A stretch of 62,833 nucleotides of DNA, the filler included, from Choristocarpus tenellus KU-1152 (Eukaryota; Protista; Phaeophyceae), in assembly GCA_964200185.2 (NCBI GenBank). It is 8 parts of 8 records of this genome, joined end to end, with 100 filler letters (N's around TTAATTAATTAA, not from the genome) between each part and the next. Parts side by side here need not be neighbours in the genome. Positions count along the whole stretch, not along the records: positions 5,460 to 31,106 come from CAXNAD020000181.1; 7 more parts are not named here. One strand, given 5' to 3'. Within the stretch, counting starts at the first letter, position 1. Every line of letters begins with the position of its first letter. The notes under the pieces were generated by a model. The model was not told the origin of the DNA. It searched no databases and saw only the letters and a program-made list of their open reading frames with translations. A program made the position numbers and the translations under genes. Below are positions 12,501 through 24,500 of this stretch, one piece after another.

Positions 12501-15500
12501 CGATTAATAAGACAGAATTGTTCACATGTGTTCGACTTCGGACCCTGTGTAAAGTAATTATAGGGATTATATATACATCAGCATTGTACGGATCACCAAT
12601 TCTGACTAATATCCGAGGTTGCTGCAAACTAACTAGTGAAGGATTGATGGGTTGGTATGACAGTATGACATATACATCACTTCAGGCAAAGGCTAAATCC
12701 ATCATACTGCTGGCGGTTTCTTTAACATTCATTATGTACCACCCACTAAATCAAATTTATCAGAACATAGTGAAAGCTGACCAATCAGCAGCGCTCAGAA
12801 GTTCCCTTAACTAATCAGAAAGCAAATTAAAATATTAGCATCTGATACCTGTGTTGTGACTTAGGAAGGAAACTGTATTCCACTTCTCAACATCACAGTA
12901 GGGTTAGGTGAGGGCTCAGCTACTATTGTGGTGTATATCTTGCACACACCTCGGACGATTGGACACTAACTAAGCAAAAGTTATTTGGTGGTTGTAGGAA
13001 ACAAAGCCTTGCTCAGGTTTTGTGAGTTACAGAAGGAAATAGACCCTGAGCATTGTCCTGAACAACATTGTGTTACAGAGGGGTTGGACTCGAGTGTATT
13101 TCCATACAATGAGTGTTATTGAAAGATATCCTAGACCAGGTGCTTTACAAATCAAATGGACTCTGGGCGTTCACCAGGACAACATTACTTTATAGGAGAA
13201 ATGGACCTCAGGCATTGTCCTGGATAACATGCAGTACAGAGGAAATGAGCTCCAAAACTTGACCTGGACAAGATGCCTTACAGGGACGATTGGCCCCAAA
13301 GGTTCTTCTTGACAATGTGTGCGTATGTTATAGATGAAAATGATCTGATCCCTAGTGGGTAACGATAGCATTGATAATACAATTTGTGATGTACGAGGTT
13401 TCCTCTAATCTTTTTTTATTCTAGGGTTAGCATTAGGGTTAGGGGTTATTTTTATGGTTCCGGTTAGGTATCTTGCGGTTCTTTCTCCCCTCAAATATTT
13501 AATCGATCTCAAACTTTTTTCTTGTACTTTTTCTCCAAATATTTTGCAGAGGATACTTCTAAACCCAAGGACCAAAGCAAACGATATTATGCACAGCATG
13601 CAACACTTACGATAGTGTTTTACGGGCTCTTCACCCCTTCCCAGAGGAGTTGGGAGGATATTTGTAAGACACTCTCTGAAGTAGTAGGCATTGTTAAAAA
13701 GAGCAGAGCAGTGCCAAATTTATGAGGCAACAAAACGTCCAACTCTTCAACAAGCACAGAGGTAGCACCAAAGAGAATTAAGGAGGTAGCACATACATCA
13801 ATAATAAAGTCCGCTGATTGGCTGAAAGGACTATACAGTGTTGATTGGTCAGCCGCCATTGCAATCCGCAAACAGTCTATGATTTTATATTAGGAATGCC
13901 GGAGCAACCCTTACCCCCACTCCATGTTGAAGATACCCTCAACACTGCAACTGCTCTCATATTAGAGAAGGTAGTGATGTCTCAGTACACATATACAGTC
14001 CCTTTTCCATAGCAAGGAGCATTCATACATAATATATATATGACCCAAAGTATCTGGGGGGGGGGGGGTCTACACCAGGGTGTCCATTTCGACCACAATA
14101 AGGAAAAGTGCATCTACATTATCCATCTGATGTATGCAACCATATCACACAAAAATCGCGGCATGAAAAAACTGACCCCAAATGGACAGCCGCCACCCCC
14201 CCCCAGATACTTTCAGCCTATATCTCCAAGACTGTCCACATTTAGCAACTCACAACATTGATGACCTGAGTATGCTGAGGCCAATGGAAATTGTTACTAC
14301 TTTGTGCCTTCTGCACCAAGTTTAGAATCCCTTTCAAAATCATAACCCATCCATTAAATGGTGCCCATTATGCCCCTTCCTTCTCTATTTTGGAGAAACA
14401 AGGCAACCAATACCTTAGTTACTGCTTTGAAGAAAAGAGGATACCAGATCTCCTACATAGGGTTTGCCTTTCCAGCAGTATTTTTTTTTTTTTTTGCAGG
14501 GGGTGACTCTTAGACCTTTTGGGCAGTCAAGGGGAGGGAAGCTGGAGAATTGCAGGGTATAGGTCCAAATTTCGATCAATTTGCATCAAATCAACCCTAA
14601 ACCAACCCTAAATCTAGGCTTAATCCTGTTCAAGATGGTTTTTAAAGACAAGCTCCATCTCACCCTCTATTCCCTCCACAGAGATCACTGGAGGTACTCA
14701 AGCTTTGCTTTAACTCCTTCGGAGAAGAGGGAGCACAGGCAATGGGAATGGCTCTGCATCACAACCAAAAGGCAAGAAAAACAAACAGGCTTTGCAAGGG
14801 ATCGAATTAGGTAATGGGAAAGGGAGAACAGAATCGAAACAGCACTAGATCAGGAATGACTCAAAGTATCTGGAGGGGGAGGTGGCGGCTGTCCATTTTG
14901 GGTCAATTTTTTCATGTCGCGACGTTTGGGTGATTTGGTTGCACACATTGGATGGATAATGTAAAAGCACTTTTCCTGATTTGGGGTCAAATAGACACCC
15001 TGGTGTAGACCCCCCCCCCAGATACTTTGGGTCGAATGCAATGTAAAGTCAGACTGGAGCTACAGTTCCAAACTGCTTTCCTAGTTTCTGACGCAAGTGA
15101 AGGGTTTTTACAATGTCAGGTCCACCCATGGACAGTGTGACGAGGTCTGAATACTAAAAAATGCAGCATTATTAAGTTTTGCCTTGGCCAAGAGTTGATA
15201 TCAGTGAGCAGGGTTAGTTTTCTTTGATTCTTTGAGGAAAGAAGCAAAGGATATGCTACCGCTGTCCTATCCAGCTCATGTGACATCAGCTCTATCCCAT
15301 ACCATCCTTGTGGTTGTTGCATACGAAAAATGAATATTGTTTGTGCTGGTTTCCTCTTTGGTGCATGACACTGAATCCATAAAATTACGTCTTGACTAAT
15401 CCTGATCATGGTCGGGGGTCTAGCCCTAGCCCCAGCCCTAACCCTAACCTTAGTGCTGTGTCTAGCTTGTTGAAATGAATGTACCTCTATTGTGACCACC

Positions 15501-18500
15501 AAAAATATTTTGTTGAATTGTGATGCCTAGCTCTAAACTCAGGTCTGCATATCATCTACACCTCAGCAATAATTTTATTACACGTTCATAATTAATTGGC
15601 GTGATTGATACTAAGACTCTACATATTTAAGAAGTTGAGACAATAGGCATACTATAGGATCGGCGTCAAAATCAGGGTATTAAATTACATTGAATGTTTA
15701 TTCAGGTTGTTGTACTCTGTTTCTAACAGCTGTCCACCCTGGATCTTTCATGGAACCACGCTGGAGGTAGAGCTAGCTTGGTACTGTCGCACATGCTACG
15801 CAGCAACAAAACCTTGAGGAAGTTGGACCTGAGTGGTAACCCCCTCACTGAGGCTGGGGGGAGGTCCATACTCCGGTGAGTGACAGAAAAGAAACTTGTC
15901 AACTATTGTAGCAACCTCGGGATGTTTATTGGAAATATTGTAGGAAACCTAGATGCTGCATCAACCTTTTATCAAACTGTTGATACTGATATGAAAAATT
16001 ACTGGAATTTTCCCAATTAGGACTATTTTACCGCTGGAGATGTTACTGCTAATTTTGTTTTCAAAATAATGTACTAATTGGCTGAGACCAATGTGTGAGG
16101 TGTGAGGTGTGAGGTGTGAGGGAACAGGGAAGAGGGAGAAGGGACTATGAAAATTGGGTCCGTGCATGGGTTATCGTGGTGCAACTGCCCATACAATTTA
16201 GAGCTCACACTTCTATTGCAATTTCAGTCATAAGGTTTCAAGTTACTCCTTTAAAGTAAGAGGACTACATATCATAATGGATCTCTGATGCTCCCAGACT
16301 AACGTGATAAGGAGTGAAAGTATCTTAGAGGGTATGGCCACGTCTATTTCGGGGCCAAAATCCAATGTTGCAATTTTATTGTGATTTTGGCTATCGTGTT
16401 TGTGAGGAAGTGTCAATATCCTTGTTCCAGACACACCTTTTTATAGTGTTAAACATGAATCCTACTCCAAAATGTATACATTTTACCAATTCCGAAACAT
16501 TTTGGAATAGGGGGAAATGTCTTCAAAAATTGGTGGGAAGTCAAGCCCCAAGCGGATAAACAGGGCAAACCTCATACCCTCTAAGGTACTTTCACTCAAT
16601 AGTAATTTCAATGATAATGCCAACATAAAAAATATGTACTCTCAGTACAAATATGCACATTATCGTCATCTACAGTTGGATCACCATAAAAAAACTTCAA
16701 GGCGTCCCTCACACAGCCCACCAAGCAATAGCCCATTCCCCTTGAAGAAGACAAAGACCTCTACCTAACAAGTTCTCACTCCACCTTCCTTCTTTTCTTG
16801 CTCGAAGCTCCATACTCAACGGGGCCCATTGTGAGCTGATCATGGAGAAGTGCACATATCAGGTAAAGACCCTCAAATGAGTAAGCCGGAACTGTCTCTA
16901 CAATGGCATAGTCCTGAGTGAAAGTATCTTGGAGAGTACAAGTATTGCCCTGTTTGTATGTTTTGGGCTTGGCTACCCATGTTTTTTAATGACATTTTAC
17001 CTACTCCGAAATGTTTCGTAGTAGGTAAATGTGTATGCTACGAAAAGGTGTGTCCGCATCAAGGATATTGGCACTTCCTAAGAAACACAATAGCAAAATT
17101 TCATTAAATTCACAACATTGGATTTTAGTCCCTAAACAGGCGCAGCTCTACCCTCTAATACTCTTTGACCCTCCCCCCCAACGGTGTACAAGGATACTCA
17201 TCGCTCCATACACACTTAAATATGCCAGCCTTCTTGACTACCTCCACCATGACCTCAATAGGTTGATGAGACCTAAGCCAAAAACAAGATGTAAGCCATG
17301 AATTATATGTGCCTGGAAAGGCTACATCAGCTGTACAGTCACACTACATCCAGTTTCAATGAAGCGGAGAGCGTCCCCCATGTAGTGAAAGGTTACTTGG
17401 GTAGCCTGAAGTTAACAATGCTGACCAATTAGGAACAGTAACATGTGGTATGCACACACCTTACAGGGTTCATAATAACAGTTGACCTATCAGCACTGTT
17501 CTATATTACAGCATGCTATATCACAATATCCCTCAACAGCACAGTTTCTATATTTTCCCCTCACCTCTATACATATTGAAGATGCTCTATGTTACAAGGT
17601 AATACCAACAAAAAACTGATCAAGGAGCACATGATGCTTCTTCTTTCCCGTGCAGGCAGACGACAGTATTTTATTCGACAGGAGCTACCCTCCACCTATC
17701 ATTTCCTTTGACCTCAATATGCAGAATCCTTACGAGGTAAGATTTTTTTTGCGAAAACCCCATTCTACTCCCTCTATGATAGGTACTCCGATCACCTACA
17801 CACATCTTCTGGGTTGGAGTTATCACCCTGTGTCATGAAGATGTGCACTATTTCAGCTGTCTTTTCCTAGCTCCCCCTGGTTCAAATTGGGGGTTTTGTT
17901 CAGTACTTCAAACTGGACTTGGGAACACATGAGACGAAAACCTTCATCCTGGTATCAGGAGTAGCATTGCTCTCGTGTTTGAGGAGAGGTTTGGCCTATG
18001 CTAACGGACATTCAGAATAGAGAGCAAGGTCCTGATCAGGATCCGTTAGGGTCAATATTGGCCAATTGTTTGAATTACCAAGATGCAGATTTCAAGTGAG
18101 GTACTGAGGAGAAGGATAGGGACTGAGGAATGATGAATCAATGAACTGGGGAAACTAGATGGGACTAAGCTAATAATAGGATTTGAGTTTGGGTAAACCA
18201 TAATCTTAACGACTCCTCTACTTGAGGGAACTGTGGGGAAGTTTCTAGACCCTTTTCTCTGTACTCAAAAAGCACAAAGAGAAAATCCCTCACAAGTACA
18301 TTCCTTAGCCGTCTCGCCCCTCTCAATAGTCCATATTATAGCCTAACCCCCGCAACTTCAATGTAGCAGTACAAAATCTCCAACTATGGAACTAATCAAC
18401 AAATTTGCTGATCCATCGAACTAATAGACTTGAGGCAACACACATTCTTCTTCTTCTGTACGCACCCAAGCCTATCATCAGGAAAGACAGTAGATGAGGG

Positions 18501-21500
18501 TAAATATAGATTTCTTACACTCTGAAGTTTTAATAGAAAATGCTCGGAATCACAGTACTGGGAAGGGTGAACTTAGCCTTTCAGTCCAACTATACTCTTG
18601 TGTTCAGAGTGATGTATGGTCCCTTCCACATTCCCGATCTGAACAATGATTACATTCTGATGGTGCAGTCTTCAGCCCTTCATGAGCTTATAGGACTGGC
18701 TGAAGAGAAGCCAGGCTCCAAATTCGTCGACATGTACAGACACAGTGGCGGTGGCAAGGGCAAGATTCCTCTCACATTACAGGCAAGGGTACAAAGAAAA
18801 GAAGGAGCTTGGATTAAATCTATCCTCCAACTCAGTCTAACCCCCAACCCTAACCCTATCCCTAACTCTAACTCTAACTTCCATCCCATTCCCTAACCTA
18901 AAATCCTACCTTGAGGGGATGCAATGTTGAAACGAGGAATTATGTGACCTGGCAGAATATTATCATTTCCCCTGTGATCCAAACAAGGAGATATCCAACA
19001 TACCTACACCATAGTATCTGCAGAACTTCCCCCCTCTGCCGAATTTTCAAATACAGTATCTGAAGCGTTAATAGTAACAAAAGTGTCTCTCCTCCCTTAA
19101 TCTCCGCAGGTGGTTACAATTCCTCCAGGGGAGGAAGAGGGACGGGGAAAGAGGGCAAATGTAATTGACATATCCACTGGAAAGCGGTGGATACCTCCTG
19201 AGGATGGATACTTGTCTCTCATCTTCAAAGTATATCGGGCACTCCCTAGTGAGAAGGTGGGGAGTTACACGAAGAAGTAAGAGGTGGTAATTTGATCAAA
19301 GAGCGCCCGTGTCACTGTTCGAAAGATGTAGTGGAAGATAAAATGAGCCAAACATCACAACCTGGAGCAAAAGGTGTAACTGCAGTAGAACCCACACAGG
19401 GTGAAAAGGGTGATAAAGTATGGACCTGAGGGTGAGGGGTTGAGTTATAGGCTCAGCAGAGGCTTGGACTCAGGACTCCAGAGTCAGTTGTATCACTTTC
19501 ATACTCTAGAGTACGGCATTTCTGTAACTCAAAGAGGTGAGTCGGAAATACTTCAATATTTACCGGAGGGATTACATTATGCCAGGACCTTTGCAACTTG
19601 GCCCTCAGAGTTGTCCTGAGGCTTGAATGCCGGCCATCTATTGATAAAATTGAGTACCTATTGTAGTCCAAGTATCAAGGAAGGGAGGGCAGATGCAAGA
19701 AAGGATTGTGGCTGCTCGGTGTAGTCCCTGTAGTCTTGAGTCCATTTTAGGGTGTCCAAAGTATGTAAATTGCAAGAGAATGATCAACGATCTGTGAAAC
19801 TGCACTTTTGCCAAAAGGTTGACTTGAAAAGGCAATATCATTCCCAGATTATCGCCCTGCATTTTTACCCCAATAGAGAAATGGAACCAGAACTACATTT
19901 TTTGTCCTTTTTGTTACACGGTGTATGTCCACCCCCTCTTGTCACAGCAAAGTGTTGCATCAGTGCCAATTAAGGGGACAAAATGCATAAATTCCACCTC
20001 TATCTGAAGTGCACCCTCTCCCTCCCCCTCCCCCTACGATGATGATGCATTAGTATCTTCACATTGCAATGTGCTATCCCATACCTTTGGCGAAAAGGGA
20101 GGGTAAAGAGAGCCTCAAAAGAAACTTCCGAAAAAGCAGAGTGCAGTACACATTTCAAATGAATAAAAGGCAATAATATGTGCATTGGAAGTAGTAAGAA
20201 GAGAATAAAATCCCAGCCAATAATGACTTGTGCCCAGTATGGTAGAAGTGATCATCAGCAACAACGCCAGCATCATAAGCAACTGCAAACACTCAGAGGC
20301 ACATCTGTCCATCCCAAACATGACACATTTCTGCCCCCATATTGTACTCAGTATTTCAGACTCCCCATGATAAATTTTTCAGGCAACCCTAACACCGACG
20401 ACCCTCGGAAAGTATAGCTCTTTCAAATTTCCATCTTATCCATTGTCCTTCCCACAGGACATACTGACGCAGGAGGGGTCCTGGGCTGCAATGATGTTGA
20501 TTATGTCGTTAGAGTCTGTACAGGATCGAATGAATGTCCTCAGGCTGATCATGCGTGATGCCTACGTAACTACGAATCAGGCACAGGCAATGCTTGACAA
20601 CCTTCAAAGATTTGGAATTCACCCTAAGTATGTGGTGCAAATGTGAGTGTCTTCTGCGCTTCCTCTTGTCATGGTAAAGGTGCAAGGCTCCCACTTCCTG
20701 TGTTGAAGCTCCAAGCATATATAAACAAGCAATTTATCTTTCTCTTTTTTAGAAGCTCTTAGCTTTACAAAAATGTATAACATCCCCTTTCACAAAATGA
20801 GCCTTACTCCAAATCAGGACTTCAACACTGACTTAGATCCCTATTGGTATGTTATTGGAAAATTGTTTTTTTGCTCCATGCAAACGAAGTGATATTTATA
20901 CTGCTAACTCTGAGTCCATATCGCCTGCTGTATTTGTCTTTAGTATTACTGCATGTCAGGAATAGAAACAATATATGAAATTAAACTTTTCAAGTCCACC
21001 CTCAAGAATGTGAAGGAGCATATTGGTTGTGCACTACACACCAAACTAGCTACTCGAAAAATCACACCATACAGCACCTTCACAACATACTGCTAAAACC
21101 GGCTCCATTGACTGAAATATCATTCTTATCATACACCAGAGAATTCCGACCCTATCCCTTGCCCAAACCAGTTTTTTATTTCCTATGTGACCTTAGAAAT
21201 ACAATATGCACCAATCTTTCCTAGGGTGTGGACAAGAGTGGTGGATGTGAGCAATATGTATGACTTCCTTTGTCAAAATGTGGAGGCACAAAAAAGGCGA
21301 GATGTGGTGAATATTCTGACTCATGAATGCTTCAAGTTCAACTGCAACAATCCAACAGGGCATTTCAGGGTGGAAATGAGCAAGAAGGTTAATACTGACC
21401 CTGTCCCCTTCTTCTTCCATTGAGAATCCAGCGAGGAACATTCTTAGAGTGAGAGAAATAAATCTTTTGTAGCTACATAGGAGAACAGTACGGTTCAAAT

Positions 21501-24500
21501 GTGCAAGATGTACCTCGATACAGATTTGCACTAATTTTTTGAGCGATGCATTCAATTGAAATAATAAATCACTGTAGAAGTTATGCCAAGAGATAGATGA
21601 AAAAAATATGTCATTGACAGAGCGGGAGAAGTTGTATCGATTCTCCTGTTTCAATGTTGAGTGCAAGCAATTCTATTTCTAGAATTGCTGCTGTTGTCCC
21701 ACATCTCCCACACCTCAACCTGATTATTGTATATCTTGGGATGACTTCTTGCTGCTTCTAAGCACTCCGGAGTATTTACTGGATATATCTTGCTTAAAGG
21801 GCAAAGATCACAACTTGTGTGAGACCTGACAACAAGCATCTCTCATCATTGACAATGGCCACCAAAGTTCTATAGTTCTTGAGTAAAACCCGCATAGTGT
21901 TGGCATTAGGAGTGACATAGTCCTAGTGATTAATTAACAAATGGGCAGAGTTTAACAAGAGTTCTACGTAGAGGTAGAATTCTGGATGATATGCTCAAAA
22001 TCCTAACAGTAGCATATTTTTTGGAATCATCTACCACTCATTGCTTGTCAGGATGAAAGCAAGATTTTTCTGACATTCAATCATTTGCAGATGAGTACCA
22101 CTTCCTCTGGCTCTAACAAACACTACCATTGCTTTTTCCACCAAACAATCTCGATTTTCTTTGTTCTTTTGTTCTTTTTCCAGAGTTGTGTAACTGTACA
22201 CTTGAGTAGATTTTTTATAAGCAATTGCTCAACAGAGAAAGAAGAGACTCCTTCCCCGTGCTGGATTCAAACAGAAGTTTGGCGTTCCCTGAATGCAATG
22301 TTGTGTAACAGGGAAACTCAGTTCAGAATTTTACCCGAAATAGAAAGGTTGATTCAGGAGAATCTACTCAAGTGTACAGCTATGTTTCAGGGGGTGCGCC
22401 TGGGCTATCTGATTCAATCTCTACAAGGACTGCAGCAATTCAGTCTTTGACAGCATAGGCAACGAGGCTAATTCCGACAGGTTGTTCCCATATGAATTGG
22501 GGAAGCATTATTCCTCAACTTAACTACACATCACATTAATATTTTGTGGCAATCTTTACTTGAGTCAACACCCAACATAACCAGTCTTTATGATGACCTA
22601 GCGCTGCACTTAATGACTCTCCCACTCCCTATCACAATAGTCACACCGAGAGATCCTGATGATGCTTCTAATCGTGGATGCCCTCGATGTACTAGAGGGA
22701 AAGAGGCTAGGCCAAGCAGACACATCGCAGGGTCAGAACTGGTCGAACTTCCGGAATACTACTTTCAACAAGGTAATCTCACAATAAACAAAAGGGTATA
22801 CATGGTCATATTTCTGAATTAATTTCCAACCGGTCCATTTGAATAAGAGCAACAGATTAGGTGAGGAGGAATGATGTCATCCCAAAGATATAGAATAGAA
22901 CTAGAAATGTTTTTACATTGAGACAGCGTTTGCTGCTTTCCTCCCTACCTGGACTGTAGTGAACACTTTGGGCGCATAGGATTGAGACAGTCACGTCCCA
23001 ACAAGTGAAAGAGCCTTTTGGTATTACCTTTATATCTGGATTTTCTCGTTCAGGTAGTACAACCCCTGCGTCAATGCATTCCACAGATGAAAAATGTGTT
23101 CGGTACATGCATCCTCAAGAATCTAAGTTTGGAGGACTAGAGTTAGGATCGAAATATCCTAGAGAGGGGGTCAGGCATCCATCGGGGGCCTGTGTGAACC
23201 TGTAGTGATTTCCATGCCATCTGAGTGAACTTGTCAAATGAAAGGGCAATGTCCTTCGCCTTCCTTTTCCACCCCCCTGCTTGAACCAAATCCGAAGGAA
23301 ACTCACTTAAAAGACGGGTATCAAACTAGAGTATCTTACAACACCCCATCAATCCCCAAATGGAAAACTTGGGCTAAACAGTCCCCCCTCTAAGAAGCTA
23401 TGGCACTTAGAATTAGATTGTAAGGCTTTGAAGGCGTTAATGTTGGGAATTTGAGGCGGCACCAATGGAAGACTCTCTATACAGATAGGTGATTGAGCAT
23501 ATCCAAAGCAAACCATAGTTGTAGATCAAAACAAATTTTGAAAATTGGGCTTGTAGATCAACTGCACCCTTGCCGAAATCCTCCTCAACTGAACAAATAA
23601 TGACCAAAAAGGTGAGAAGATGCATTATTTTGGCAGCGCTGCATGATTGTCTATATTGGATGTAAACACTCTGTTTCTACTATCTCTGAAATGCACAAAG
23701 TTAGTATCATGGCTAGTGATCTTTTAATGTGTTGCACAACGCCTGATCTTGATGTGGAATCATCTCTTGTGTAGTGCATGAATCTATGGGGCTATTGTTG
23801 TAACAACTTTGTATATAACTTGCCTAGCAGAGAGCGCCCTCTTGAAATCACATTCAAGAATAGAGCTGGAAGGATTTTTCTTTGCCAACAATGCTGCACA
23901 TATCTTGCCTCTCAGTGGTGGATTGCTTGGATAAGCCTCACTTTGGTACAGTTCTGATAGTTGACTTCCACAAATGCTGTTCTATGACTATGGCATAACA
24001 CTATAGACTACAACGTAGTCTGTAGTATGGGATATGCCAGCATTCCAATCTCAGTCGGTCAACAATTTGCCATCACAATCCTCCTTTTAATTGCACTACG
24101 GTAAGACAACAATAACTTTCGCATCCACTCCTCAGTGCCCGTTTGAGATAACTGAAGCGTCAACCCTGAGCCTTCCCATGTCGGGGGTGCTTGAGTTCGA
24201 TTATGTTTCAACAGCAAGGCCTCCCCCAGGAGCAAAGCCGGCCACAGACAAAGAGGTAAGATGTTTCATCATTGGGGTTTCTGTCAAGCTCTAGAATGTT
24301 CTCCATCTCAACTTTGTGGACATACCAGAATTTCATATATAGCCAACACCATCAAGTGTCCTTGATGCATCGTGATTTAGATAGGAAATTCAGAAAAATG
24401 GCAGCTTGCACCTTCCCATTGCAAAACCTTTCTAAGAGCCCTGCACATGTATCGTTTATGGCATCTGTTCACTTAGTTTCAATCAATGTGTTGCATTCAA

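Noticed and set aside
13600-13880. Segment with two GATTGG (CCAAT) boxes and 67-83 aa ORFs
   Set aside because: No recognisable protein, no splice fit to the LRR gene and no repeat copy in the window.
14040-14261. Similar ORFs (QSIWGGGGLHQGV...) at 14040, 14850, 43699 and 50706 suggesting a small protein family
   Set aside because: They are chance translations of MITE family A copies, and the frames are not conserved.
24000-24026. 12-bp stem hairpin ACTATAGACTAC-AAC-GTAGTCTGTAGT
   Set aside because: An isolated intronic hairpin with no supporting context such as a Helitron end.
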